Origin: Nitrospirota bacterium
GTDB lineage: Bacteria > Nitrospirota > UBA9217
Length of the DNA: 64,000 nt
Assembly: GCA_963818475.1 (NCBI GenBank)
Contig: CAWFSF010000002.1
Span: 192,001-256,000 of the forward strand
Direction of reading: 5' to 3'
The notes under the pieces were generated by a model, which saw only the letters and a list, made by a program, of their open reading frames with translations, did no database searches and was not told the origin of the DNA. A program made the position numbers and the translations under genes. This document shows, one piece after another, positions 1 to 10,474 of the stretch (position 1 is its first letter; each line of letters opens with the position of its first letter).

Positions 1-5
1 GCACT

Positions 6-470
6 ATGGCGGATATTCGCCGGAACTCCGCATTATTCCTCACCAAGCCCTTTGATCTTGATCGGGTCAAAATGATTATGGAGCAGCTCCTGGTCAGCGA
101 TAACACCTCATACCGGGACTATGAGTCGTTCGTTCCCGGCCCTGCAGGCGAACGGAAGCGCTTTGAGCGAAGGCGCGTGGACCGCATCGTGATCACCGGT
201 GCGGCCGTCAGCATCACGGCAGCCTCCCGGACGCGGCTCAGCGCCGATGTCATGGACATCAGCGAAGCAGGTACGCAGGTCCGCACCGATGTTTTCCTCG
301 AACCCGGCACCAGGGTCCGCGTTGAGGATGGCGCCACCCGGTACAGTGGCATCATCCGGTGGACCGGGAAGGTGGACGATTCAGGCGGCTGCTGTGCCGG
401 CATTGAGTTCCTGCACGAAACCGGCGGAGGAGACGGCCGCCCCTACTCGAGGCCGAACTTCTTCGTCTGA
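6..470 (+). CDS. Receiver-domain C-terminus plus PilZ-domain protein (probably 5'-partial)
   Basis: FLTKPF receiver tail, then PilZ signatures RRFERR and DISEAG. Confidence 0.65.
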   Translation: MADIRRNSALFLTKPFDLDRVKMIMEQLLVSDNTSYRDYESFVPGPAGERKRFERRRVDRIVITGAAVSITAASRTRLSADVMDISEAGTQVRTDVFLEPGTRVRVEDGATRYSGIIRWTGKVDDSGGCCAGIEFLHETGGGDGRPYSRPNFFV

Positions 471-1828
471 TACCGCAGCGCGTCGTAGCTGATGCCAAGC
501 AGTTTAGCCGCCTGCGCCTTGTTATGACTCGTGCGAGCGAGCGCCTGGCTGATCAGGTCGCGCTCCACATCGTCGATGCGCACGCCGCACGCCGGCAGCG
601 CGAACCGCTCGGGGCTTGCTTCGGCCACGGTCGGCCGCGGCCGCATCAACCATTCCGGCAGATGTCCCGGCATTATCTCCTCTTCGCTCTCAAGGACCAC
701 CAGCCGCTCTACGAGATTTTTGAGCTCCCGGACGTTGCCGGGCCAACCGTAGGAGGCCAGGCTCCGTTCCGCCTCGGGAGAAAAGCGCTTCACTGTTTTC
801 TTGTTGTACCTTTTACCTAAGCTTTGGAGAAAATTGCGGGCAATGACCGGGATGTCTTCGGCGCGCTCTCGAAGCGGCGGCACGTGCATGTAGAACGTGT
901 TGAGCCTGAAGAACAGGTCCGTTCGGAATTCGCCCGATGCGACGGCATCGGCAAGGTTCCGGTTCGTCGTGGAGATCACCGTGACATCGACGGGAATTTC
1001 CCTGCTGCCGCCGACAGGCCGAATGGTCCGCTCCTCGAGCACCCGCAGCAGTTTGCCCTGCAGACTCTGCTTCATGTCGCCGATTTCGTCAAGGAGAATC
1101 GTGCCGTTGTGGGCAAGCTCGAAGAGCCCCTTCTTGTCGGTTTTGGCATCGGTGAAAGAGCCCTTTTCGTGCCCGAAGAGCTCGCTCTCGAGCAGTGTTT
1201 CCGGCAGGGCAGCGCAGTTCACCCTGATGAACGGCGCCAGGCCGGGCCCCACATCCCGGTGCATCAAACGGTGGGCATACCGTGCAAAAAGCTCCTTGCC
1301 GGTCCCGCTCTCGCCGGTGATCAGGATGGTCGACACCGATGCATCGGCCAGTTTTTCGATCTTTTTTTTCAGCTCCTGCACGATCCTGGACCCGCCGAGG
1401 ATCTCCCGGTCAAAGAGTTCGGCGTGGACCTTCCTGAGATACACGACCTCCTGCCGCAGCCTCCCCTTCTCGATGATGTTGCGAATGACGATCTTGACCT
1501 CGTCGATATTGAACGGCTTCGTAAGGTAATCGACGGCGCCGATCTTCATGGCCTTTACCGCGGTTTCCGCGGAATCGTCGGCCGTGAGCATCACCACCTG
1601 CGTTTCAAGCTGCTGCTGCATGATGTCCGTGAGGACCTCGATCCCGCTCCGCACGGGAAGCGTGATATCCAGGAGCACCACGTCCGGCGCCCAGGCCCTG
1701 ATTCTGCCCATCACGTCATCGGCGCCTGATGCCGCGCGCACCTCGTACCCCTCCTCCTTCAGCACCCGGGTGAGCATGATGGTGATAAGTTCGTCGTCAT
1801 CGATCAGAAATATTTTTGACTGGGCCAT
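443..1828 (-). CDS. Sigma-54-dependent response regulator (NtrC family)
   Basis: Receiver (LIDDD, LLD, KPF), Walker A GESGTGKE, GSFTDA (GAFTGA loop), WPGNVREL, C-terminal HTH; likely start ATG 1828. Confidence 0.95.
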   Translation of the reverse strand: MAQSKIFLIDDDELITIMLTRVLKEEGYEVRAASGADDVMGRIRAWAPDVVLLDITLPVRSGIEVLTDIMQQQLETQVVMLTADDSAETAVKAMKIGAVDYLTKPFNIDEVKIVIRNIIEKGRLRQEVVYLRKVHAELFDREILGGSRIVQELKKKIEKLADASVSTILITGESGTGKELFARYAHRLMHRDVGPGLAPFIRVNCAALPETLLESELFGHEKGSFTDAKTDKKGLFELAHNGTILLDEIGDMKQSLQGKLLRVLEERTIRPVGGSREIPVDVTVISTTNRNLADAVASGEFRTDLFFRLNTFYMHVPPLRERAEDIPVIARNFLQSLGKRYNKKTVKRFSPEAERSLASYGWPGNVRELKNLVERLVVLESEEEIMPGHLPEWLMRPRPTVAEASPERFALPACGVRIDDVERDLISQALARTSHNKAQAAKLLGISYDALRYQTKKFGLE

Positions 1829-3287
1829 GGGCAAGCACCTCTTTCGGTTCCCTGACGGGAAGCGTAATGAAGAACGAAACTCCGTTGTCGTGGTTATTTT
1901 CAACGCTGATCGTCCCGTTATGCTGTTCGATCAGCTTTTTCGTAATGGCAAGCCCCAGCCCCGTGCCATGCGGTTTGGTCGTAAAGAAGGGCTGGAATAT
2001 CTTGGCGACCACGGCTTCGTCGATCCCGCTGCCCGTGTCGATTATCCAGATCCGGAGGGGTTCACCCGGCCCCGGATCAGCCGTCCGGACGGTGACGGTC
2101 CCGCTGGCGGGCATGGCCTCGGCTGCGTTCAGGAGGAGGTTCATGAACACCTGCTGGAGCTGGAGCGGATCCGCCATGAGCGGCCGCACGTTGGGGGCCA
2201 GCTCGCGCACCACGGTGATGGAATGTCCGTTCTGCGGTGCATACAGCGGGTGTCGCTCGGCGAGGCTGATGGTGGAAGCGATCACGTCGTTCACATCCAC
2301 GGACGAAAAGACCGGTTTCGGCGGCCGCGCGAAATTGAGCATGCTTTTAAGCAGCTGCTCGATACGTTTGGTCTGCTCTACGCCCCTCTTGAGCACGTCA
2401 CGGTTCTCTGCCGTCAGCGACGGATCGCCGGCCAGCACTTCCATCGATGCCTTGATGCCTGCCAGCGGGTTCTTGATCTCGTGGGCCAGCCCGCCCGCCA
2501 TCTCCCCGAGCACCACGAGTTGCTCCGCCCACTGCATGCGAAGACAGTCCTCCCGCAGCGAGTGCGCCATATCGTTGAACGAGGCTGCAACCTCGCCGAA
2601 CTCATCCTGCAGGTGGCCGATCCGATAGCTCAGGTCGCCGTTCTTCAGCTTTCTTGTGGCGGTCAGCAGTTCCTGGACCGGCCTGGTGAATCCCCGGATG
2701 AAAATGGTGGACAGCACGATGGCCGCAAAAGGAACGGCCATGGCAAGGAGGTACAGCATCATCTTGGTGCGCGCTATATCCTGGAATGCCTCCTTCGTCT
2801 GGCTTTCCAGCTTGCTGTTCGCCAGGGTGGTGATGTTTTCAACCTCGGAGATAAGGTCCGTACCAACCCGAAAGGCCCGGTCCTCTTCAGTACGCATCCG
2901 CGCGGCATTCGCCCGCAGCGTGAGCGCCCTGCTCAGTACATTTTTATAATCCTCGACCTGTTTTTTCAGGCCGGTGAGCCTGGCCGTCACCTGTTCATGG
3001 TGATGACAGTCAAAGCACGTCGTGATGCTGCCGCTCATGGTCCGCACATGTTTCACGATCGTATCCATGCTGCGCGCATAAGGGGTGTTCTTCACGTACA
3101 GGTCGGACTGCGCCTGCTTGACCTGTATAAGCAGGTGCTCGCGAAGGATCCCGACCTGGTGGAGCCTGACCAGGCTGTCCATTTCCCTCGTGGCCTGTTC
3201 GATCGTCACGACGGTATAGATGGCGCTCGCGATGAACAGGAGGGAAAAGATGCTCAGTCCTATGATGATTTTCCTTTTCATTGTCAT
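1797..3287 (-). CDS. HAMP sensor histidine kinase with periplasmic CxxCH motif
   Basis: Two TM segments, CFDCHH between them, HAMP, H-box LAHEIKNPL, N box NLLLNA, G boxes DTGSG and GTGLGL. Confidence 0.93.
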   Translation of the reverse strand: MTMKRKIIIGLSIFSLLFIASAIYTVVTIEQATREMDSLVRLHQVGILREHLLIQVKQAQSDLYVKNTPYARSMDTIVKHVRTMSGSITTCFDCHHHEQVTARLTGLKKQVEDYKNVLSRALTLRANAARMRTEEDRAFRVGTDLISEVENITTLANSKLESQTKEAFQDIARTKMMLYLLAMAVPFAAIVLSTIFIRGFTRPVQELLTATRKLKNGDLSYRIGHLQDEFGEVAASFNDMAHSLREDCLRMQWAEQLVVLGEMAGGLAHEIKNPLAGIKASMEVLAGDPSLTAENRDVLKRGVEQTKRIEQLLKSMLNFARPPKPVFSSVDVNDVIASTISLAERHPLYAPQNGHSITVVRELAPNVRPLMADPLQLQQVFMNLLLNAAEAMPASGTVTVRTADPGPGEPLRIWIIDTGSGIDEAVVAKIFQPFFTTKPHGTGLGLAITKKLIEQHNGTISVENNHDNGVSFFITLPVREPKEVLAHGPVKNISDR

Positions 3288-4201
3288 TCATTCATATAAT
3301 GGTAAGTGGCAATATCCAGGCCGGCCTCCCGGGCATACCGGTAGACCGGAGCGTAATCAGCGTTCGTCGTCTCAATGAACTTTTGGGCGCCGAATACGCG
3401 CAATACCGCGCGTCCTTCCGGGTCATGATGCATATTCAGGAGCGCCTCCGTAAGGGCCTTCTTCACGTCATCACCGACGTCCTTCTTCAGGGCAAGTCCG
3501 TTCTCGGGGAACTCCGGCGATCGCTCCAGCACCACGAGGTCGCTCCTGATCGCATTGTTGCCGGCCGCCATACGCTCATAGACCGTGTTTTTCGCGGCCC
3601 CGATATCGGCCCGCCGGTTCAGGACGTCGTTGATCGCATCTTCATGGGTGCCGCTGAAATAGGTCTCCCTGAGATGGGTCCTGAAATCGAGCCCGTGTTT
3701 TTTGAAATAGGCGAGCGGGAGCAGATACCCCGCGGTCGTTGCTTTATCCACAAAGGTGAAGCGTTTTCCCTTCATCTGCCGCACTGACGAGATACCGCTG
3801 TCCCGTCTCGCAAAAATAAGGCCGTAGTAGGTCGACATGCCGTTCAGGTCCACCGGACGGCCGATGACCTCTACACCGAGTTTTTCGTGAGCGAGCGGGT
3901 ATGTAAAGCTGCCGAAGAAGGCGCCGTCGAGGTTTTCGGCGACGAAATTATCGATGATATTGCCGTACCGGGGGAGGATTTTCAGGTTGACGGAAATGCC
4001 GATTTTTTTGGAGAGGTAATTACCAAGCGGCTCGTATCGCTCGATCTGGCGGAACAGGTTGTGCTCGGGAAGGAGGCCGATCTGCATCGTACGTCCCCGT
4101 GCTTCTCCCAAAGGAGGCGCTGTCTCCTGCTTGCTGCACCCCGCCGGGGCCGATAGTACCAGGCAGAGTGCGATTGCTGCATAATGTCGTATATTCTTCA
4201 T
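3284..4201 (-). CDS. PhnD/PtxB-like phosphate/phosphonate-binding lipoprotein
   Basis: Lipobox-like PAGC, motifs YYGLIFARRDS, FVDKATTAGYLLP, GTHEDAI; overlaps the kinase start. Confidence 0.85.
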   Translation of the reverse strand: MKNIRHYAAIALCLVLSAPAGCSKQETAPPLGEARGRTMQIGLLPEHNLFRQIERYEPLGNYLSKKIGISVNLKILPRYGNIIDNFVAENLDGAFFGSFTYPLAHEKLGVEVIGRPVDLNGMSTYYGLIFARRDSGISSVRQMKGKRFTFVDKATTAGYLLPLAYFKKHGLDFRTHLRETYFSGTHEDAINDVLNRRADIGAAKNTVYERMAAGNNAIRSDLVVLERSPEFPENGLALKKDVGDDVKKALTEALLNMHHDPEGRAVLRVFGAQKFIETTNADYAPVYRYAREAGLDIATYHYMNE

Positions 4202-4237
4202 AACCAGGTATGCAGACATCGCGAATCGCGACAGGAC

Positions 4238-4339
4238 CAAATCGTAACGCGAGAAGTATGTCCGCTTAGTGAAAAAAGTATCAGGTTACAAATCGTAACG
4301 CGAGAAGTATCAGCTTTAGTGGAAAAAAGTATCAGGTTA
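4238..4339. repeat. Imperfect 51-bp tandem duplication
   Basis: caaatcgtaacgcgagaagtat...aaaaaagtatcaggtta at 4238-4288 and 4289-4339. Confidence 0.85.
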
Positions 4340-4522
4340 CATGACACTTGTACCTAACATATCTCGCGTGTACGACAGTGTCAACAAAGGATGACTTTTT
4401 TTAAATATTGGGGGAAAGTCGACACTAAATAAGCGGAAGTAACAGAAAGGCGCAGTTAGCATTACTTTATTCAGGAAATTTGCAGATTGGTGCCGGCGCA
4501 ACTCAGGGCGCATCAATAAAAC

Positions 4523-5689
4523 TCAGGCATATTGCCCGGCTGCATGACCCGAGGCCCAGGCCCAGTGCAGGTTATAGCCTCCGAGCTCGCCGGTCACATC
4601 CACGACCTCACCGATAAAATACAGTCCCGGCACCGTCCTGGCTTCCATGGTCTTTGATGAAAGCGCTCTGGTGTCCACGCCGCCGGCAGTCACCTCGGCT
4701 ACGCGGTAGCCTTCAGTGCCGCCAGGCGCAAGCTCCCAGGCATGCAGCATCCCGGCGGTCGCGCGCAGGTCTTTCTCTGAATATTGATTGAGCGGTTTGG
4801 AAATCATATGACGTTCGCACCAGACCTGTGCAAAACGCTTCGGGAAATAAGCGGCAAGCAGGTTCTGCATTTCCATCTTGCTGGTCCTCTTTTCCTGGAA
4901 CAGGGCATGGATGTCGATATCCGGAAGCAGGTCGATGACGACGCGCCCGCCCGGAGACCAGAAAGAGGAAGCCTGCAGGATCGCTGGACCGCTCAAGCCC
5001 CGGTGCGTGAACAGAATGTTCCCCCGATAGCGCTTGCCGCCGCATGCCACAAGCGCATCCAGCGAGATGCCTGCCAGATCGCGGATCGATTGCTGATCGT
5101 CTGCCTGCAGCGTGAGCGGCACGAGCCCCGGCTTCGGCGGAACGATCTTGAGCCCGAACTGTTTCGCAATGCGGTGCCCCATATCAGTTGCCCCGAGATT
5201 CGCATAGGACAGCCCGCCCGTGGCAATGACCAGCGATTGCGACGTGAATGTCCCCTGATCGGTCGTCACAGAGAAGGGGCCGGTCTTTTCGATCTGGGTC
5301 ACCTGGTGTTTGGGAAGGATCCGTGCTCCCGCCTTTTCGCATTCTTTCAGGAGCATGGTCAGAATGGCGCGGGAACTGGCCTGGCAGAAAAGCTGGCCTG
5401 CTTCTTTTTCGTAGTAACGGATCTGGTGCTGCTCGACGAGCGAGAGAAAGTCGCGCGGTGTGAACCGGGCCAGGGCGGACCGGCAGAACGGGGGATTGCT
5501 GGACAGATAATGCTCGGCAGCAACATGATGGTTCGTGAAATTACACCGGCCGCCTCCAGAGATGAGGATCTTCCGGCCGACCTGCTCGCTGTGGTCAAGC
5601 ACGGCCACGGAGCGTCCCCGTTTGCCGCATGCAGCCGCGCACATGAGGCCCGAGGCGCCGGCGCCGATGATGATGACGTCGGTCTTCAT
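4523..5689 (-). CDS. HI0933/YhiN (BaiN-like) NAD(P)/FAD-dependent oxidoreductase
   Basis: IIGAGASG, GRKILISGGGRCNFTN, ATGGLS, LFTHRGLSGP, GELGGYNLHWAWASG. Confidence 0.93.
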   Translation of the reverse strand: MKTDVIIIGAGASGLMCAAACGKRGRSVAVLDHSEQVGRKILISGGGRCNFTNHHVAAEHYLSSNPPFCRSALARFTPRDFLSLVEQHQIRYYEKEAGQLFCQASSRAILTMLLKECEKAGARILPKHQVTQIEKTGPFSVTTDQGTFTSQSLVIATGGLSYANLGATDMGHRIAKQFGLKIVPPKPGLVPLTLQADDQQSIRDLAGISLDALVACGGKRYRGNILFTHRGLSGPAILQASSFWSPGGRVVIDLLPDIDIHALFQEKRTSKMEMQNLLAAYFPKRFAQVWCERHMISKPLNQYSEKDLRATAGMLHAWELAPGGTEGYRVAEVTAGGVDTRALSSKTMEARTVPGLYFIGEVVDVTGELGGYNLHWAWASGHAAGQYA

Positions 5690-5732
5690 TTTCGATCGGT
5701 CCCCGGCAGTTTCGGATTAACGATGATTTCGC

Positions 5733-6587
5733 TCACGATCTCAGCTTTATGCGGGCCTTCCGGACCATGGCATCCGGCAGGTAGGATGCTTTGAAGACTC
5801 GCAGGTTCTCCTTGTCCAGGTCCTGCTCGAGGTTCAGGTATTTGTATTTGGCCGGAAGGATCGACGCGAAATTATTGAACATATACTGATACACGCCTTT
5901 GAACTTCGTCCTGGCCTTGGCGAAATGCAGCACATAGGTCTCTTCGTTCAGCTCCTCGCCAAGCACGAACCCTGCCGGTTCGTTCTCCGCGTAGTAGATG
6001 CCTCCGCAGAGCACCAGCTCTTCGTACCGGTCAAGCGCCTCCCGGCAGGGTGCAAAATCAGTCTCTGGCGGGTTCATCTCCGACGTGGCCACCCAGTCGT
6101 TCAGGATAAAGCGGGCCTCTTCGATCCGGTCGTTCGTGAGCGGCTTCGCGTCGTGGCGATATTTTTCAAGGAACTGCTTGAGCAGGTTCCTTTTCTTGTG
6201 CAGGTTCCTTCCCTTGTAGGTGCTCATTTTTTCGACCGTGTAGACGTAATCGGCGTCGCCCTCGGCAAAGGATATTTCGAACTCCTCAGGATCAAAGACG
6301 GACAGCCACATTTCAGGAATGGGGAACAGGTACTCGACCGTGCGCATCAATTCCCGGAGATAGGCGATATCGATCTCCCGAAGGTCCGTCGTCGGCATGA
6401 GATAGGTATGCCCGTCGTAGGAACGGCCCTTGATGAATATCTCCTTGTCCACGACCACTTCGTAATTGTGGTTTTCGCGGAACAGGTAGAGGTTCGGGAA
6501 GGTGTACTCCGAAAGCGGCTGAATGATTTTTTTGAGCAGCGGGCTGAGCAGGTCCTTATGCTCGATGCCAAGCTTTTCGGTCTTCAT
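5733..6587 (-). CDS. DUF2156 (phosphatidylglycerol lysyltransferase C-terminal-like) protein
   Basis: SEYTFPNLYLF, DYVY, GRNLHKKRN, HFAKA, YLNLEQDL, LRVFKASY. Confidence 0.85.
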   Translation of the reverse strand: MKTEKLGIEHKDLLSPLLKKIIQPLSEYTFPNLYLFRENHNYEVVVDKEIFIKGRSYDGHTYLMPTTDLREIDIAYLRELMRTVEYLFPIPEMWLSVFDPEEFEISFAEGDADYVYTVEKMSTYKGRNLHKKRNLLKQFLEKYRHDAKPLTNDRIEEARFILNDWVATSEMNPPETDFAPCREALDRYEELVLCGGIYYAENEPAGFVLGEELNEETYVLHFAKARTKFKGVYQYMFNNFASILPAKYKYLNLEQDLDKENLRVFKASYLPDAMVRKARIKLRS

Positions 6588-6689
6588 GCAGTTACTATAA
6601 TAGCTGGCGTGATTTTGTCAAGGCTAATTCGCACGGCAAAAGCGCAGAGAGAGCGGCATAGCCGCTTTTTTTTATGCTATCTTTTATCC

Positions 6690-7523
6690 ATGTACAAAGC
6701 GGTCCTGGCAGCGGTGAATGAACATCTGAACTCGGAGGTCTCTGCGCGTTATGCGCTGCACCTGGCAAAAGAAGCGGGCGCCCGCATCTATTTCTGCTCC
6801 ATTGCCGAGAACGGATTAGGCAAAAAAAGCTTTCATCTTGCAGAAGAAGCGGTGAAGCGGCTGTCGCACCGCGCCCGGGAACTCGGCGTCAGGGCCGACA
6901 GCATCCTTGAGACCGGCAATCCCATCGAGCAGATCAAAAAGATCATTATTTCCGAAAGCATTGATATCACTTTTGCTGCTACCCGGCGGGAAGACGTGGA
7001 GAAGCGCTTTTACGCCCGCACCGTGTCACGCCGTCTTTCCCTCACCCTCCCCTGCTCCGTGGCGCTTGTCCGTGTCGTTCATATGGGCCGCGTGCATCCC
7101 AAGAACATCCTCGTGCCGCTTAAGGCTCGTATCGACCACATTGCAGAGCGGGCCCGTTTTGCCGCCATGATGGGCAGTGCCTTCGACGCCCGCCTCTCCC
7201 TGTTCCATGCTGCCCGGCCCATGGGGCGCTTCTTTCATGGCGAAATCCACCTGACGCCTCTGGAATGGGAGACCAGGCTGCCAAGCGACATCGTCCGCTT
7301 CATCAATGATCTGGACCGCCAGGGGATTCCTTATGATAAAAGACTCACTCCCGGCTCCGCAGGGCTGACCATCACGATCGAGGCCGCAGCGAAGCGGCAC
7401 GACCTTATCATCATGGGCGCCAGCGAACGCAGTCTCCTGAATTCCCTCATCAGGGGCAACCCCGTGGAGCGGGTGCTGCGCCAAACGACCTGTGACCTGA
7501 TCATCCTGAGACCACGGATGTGA
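6690..7523 (+). CDS. Tandem universal stress protein
   Basis: Two Usp-like halves; DLIIMGASERS, GNPVERVL; real start ATG 6690 inside the longer track ORF. Confidence 0.85.
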   Translation: MYKAVLAAVNEHLNSEVSARYALHLAKEAGARIYFCSIAENGLGKKSFHLAEEAVKRLSHRARELGVRADSILETGNPIEQIKKIIISESIDITFAATRREDVEKRFYARTVSRRLSLTLPCSVALVRVVHMGRVHPKNILVPLKARIDHIAERARFAAMMGSAFDARLSLFHAARPMGRFFHGEIHLTPLEWETRLPSDIVRFINDLDRQGIPYDKRLTPGSAGLTITIEAAAKRHDLIIMGASERSLLNSLIRGNPVERVLRQTTCDLIILRPRM

Positions 7524-7578
7524 CTCGGATAAGATTCTAGAATCATTTATCAACCTAACCCACACAAACCTGAACAAC

Positions 7579-7686
7579 TTTGCCACGAAGGCACGAAGAC
7601 ACTAAGAACATCTTGAAAATTGTCGAGCTTATCAAACCCCAAAGCCACTAATGCATTTCTTCGTGCCTTCGTGTCTTCGTGGCAAA
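7579..7686. repeat. Palindromic element with 9-nt-periodic arms
   Basis: tttgccacgaaggcacgaagacactaagaa ... ttcttcgtgccttcgtgtcttcgtggcaaa. Confidence 0.85.
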
Positions 7687-7728
7687 ATAATTTTTCCGTT
7701 TTGCATTTAACTTGATTCGTAACTAACT

Positions 7729-10385
7729 ATGAAGATAAACAATCTGACCATTGAACAGGTCCTCAGCAGCCTCGTCACCTCGAAGCAGGGCCTTGCCAGC
7801 GAAGAAGCCGAACGCCGACTCGCAGAGTTCGGGCGGAACGAGATCACCTCAGTGAAAGGAAGGCCTCTCCTGTTCCGGTTGCTCGGACAGTTCACGCACT
7901 TTCTCGCTCTTCTGCTCTGGATCGCCGCAGGGCTCTCGTTCCTCTCGGAATATCTTCACCCGGGAGAAGACATGCTCACCATGGGCGTGGCTGTTGTTGC
8001 GGTCATCTTCATCAACGCCATCTTCACCTTTATCCAGGAATACCGCGCCGAGAAGGCACTCGAAGCCCTGAAAAAACTCCTTCCCTTTAATGTCAAGGTC
8101 ATCCGGAACGGAAAGGAGGTCGAGGCCCCTGCAGACCTGGTCGTGCCTGGCGACCTCATCCTGCTTGCCGAGGGCGACAAGGTGCCGGCCGACCTCCGTC
8201 TCATCGAATCGAACGGACTGAAGGTCAATAATGCCCCGCTCACCGGGGAGTCGGAACCGGTCCTCCGCCGCGCAGAACCTTTTGAAGGCGATCCTGTCAA
8301 TAGCCCGAACATCGCCTTTGCCGGCACGACCATCGTGAGCGGCAACGGCACCGGCGTCGTCTTTGCATCGGGCATGCACACGGAATTCGGCAGGATCGCG
8401 CTGCTGACCGAAACGGTCACCCCGGGCCTCTCCCCGCTCCAGAAGGAGATCGTGAAGTCGACACAGGATCGTTGCGGTCATTGCCGCCGCCGTGGGCCTC
8501 TTCTTTTTCCTGCTCGGCTTCATCATCGGGAGAAGCTTCTGGGGCAACTTCATCTTCGGCATCGGCATCACCGTGGCGCTCATCCCTGAAGGCATGCTGC
8601 CGACGGTCACGCTTGCCCTCGCCATGGGCAGCCAGCGCATGGCAAAGCGGAAGGCCCTGATGAAGACGCTCACCTCGGTCGAGACCCTCGGTTCGGTGAC
8701 CGTGATCTGCACGGACAAGACCGGCACGCTCACCCAGAACAGGATGGCAGTGGCGAAACTATGGGTCGATGATGAGCTGCTTGAACCGGGTGCAGCCAGC
8801 GGTCACTGAAACGGCCCGCCTCCTGTTCACCACAGCCGCTCTGTGCAACAATGCACGCTTCAGCGAGAACGAGTACCGCGGCGATCCGACCGAGACAGCG
8901 CTTGCTGAAGGCTGCGCAGGAAACGCTCGGCGACAGCACTGCAAAGCGTCTGTCCGAGATCCCTTTTGATGCGGACCGGAAAATGATGACGACCGTGCAT
9001 GCCGTCGGTAAAGGTACGATGGCGTTCTCCAAAGGCGCCATGGAGCGGATTCTTCCGCTCTGCAGCCATATCATGATCAACGGGGAGCGCAGACCGCTCG
9101 ATGATGTTACTCGTGACGACGTCATCCATGCCGACCATGCGCTCATGGACATGGGCCTCAGGGTCCTGGCCTTTGCCGCGAAGGAGCTTGCATCGCCACC
9201 GGAGCGAGCGTGAGGACATCGAAGCAGAACATGACGTTCCTCGGGCTCATCGGGCTTCAGGACCCGCCGCGGCCCGAGGTGCCTGACGCCATCGGGAAAT
9301 GCCACGACGCCGGGATCCGCATCATCATGATCACCGGCGACGGAAGCAGGACCGCCCTTGCCATCGCCCGGCAGATCGGCCTGGTCGAAAAGACGCCCGT
9401 CCTGATCGAAGGACCCGCCTTCGGACTGATGTCCGATCGGGAGCTGACGGAAAAGCTGGCTGCTCCGGAGATCATTTTTGCGCGCATGACGCCGAAGCAC
9501 AAGATGCGCGTCGTCTCGGTCCTGAAGGACATGGGCGAAGTGGTCGCGGTGACCGGCGACGGCGTCAATGACGCTCCCGCGCTCAAGAAAGCGGACATCG
9601 GCATCTCCATGGGCATTACCGGCACCGACGTGGCCAAAGAGGCGTCGGACATGATCCTGCTGGACGACAATTTCGCGACGATCGTGAACGCCGTGGAAGA
9701 AGGCCGCGCGGTCTACGAGAACATCAAGAAGTTCATCACCTACATTTTTGCGTCGAACATTCCCGAGGCCGTCCCCTACCTTGGCTATATCCTGCTCAAC
9801 ATCCCGCTGCCGCTCACGATCATTCAGATCCTGGCCGTTGACCTCGGCACGGACATGCTGCCGGCGCTCGCGCTCGGGTCCGAACAGCCCACACCCGGCA
9901 TCATGAAACAGCCGCCCAGAAAGCGGAGCGATCGGCTGCTGGACCTTTCGCTCATAGCCCGCGCCTACCTGTTCCTCGGCCCGCTCGAGGCCGTGGCCTG
10001 CATGTTCGGGTTCTTCTGGGTGCTGAACACAGGCGGCTGGACCTGGGGAACCATGCTGCCGGCATCTGACCTCCTGTATCGGGAGGCCACGACCGCATGC
10101 CTGACCGCGATCGTCATCGCCCAGGTGGCCAATGTCTTTGCCTGCCGTTCGCTCCGTGAATCCGTCTTCGACGTCGGGTTTTTCACGAACCGGCTCATCT
10201 TCGCCGCGATCGCCGTGGAACTGCTCCTGCAGGCATTCATCGTGTACACTCCGCTCGGCAACAGCATCTTCGCCACAGCGCCGCTGCCCTTCCGGGTGTG
10301 GCTCGTGCTCATTCCCTTTGCGTTCGCATTGTTCTTTGCCGAGGAGATGAGGAAACTTATTGCCCGGCGGATGACGCCGTCATAA
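7729..10385 (+). CDS. Cation-transporting P-type ATPase (P2 type), split by several frameshifts
   Basis: TGES, PEGM, DKTGTLT, KGA, TGD and GDGVND motifs in consecutive ORF fragments 7729-8589, 8492-8809, 8769-8969, 8851-9213, 9210-10385. Confidence 0.92.
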
Positions 10386-10474
10386 CCTTATTGAGGCCCC
10401 AAGATATGATATACTGAAAGCATAATCAGCCGGTTTGCATTCATCGTTTTGCACTTAATCTCAAGGAGGGCAGT

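Noticed and set aside
1548-3299. Long antisense ORFs (1548-3299, 31101-32243, 34046-35209, 53875-55017, 55724-56836 and others)
   Set aside because: Shadow frames of well-identified genes in GC-rich DNA, with no motifs of their own
4238-4339. Possible CRISPR array (also considered for the periodic repeats)
   Set aside because: No identical repeats separated by unique spacers and no cas genes
4481-4500. Possible sigma-54 promoter for the sensing operon
   Set aside because: GG to GC spacing is 9 nt, not the required 10
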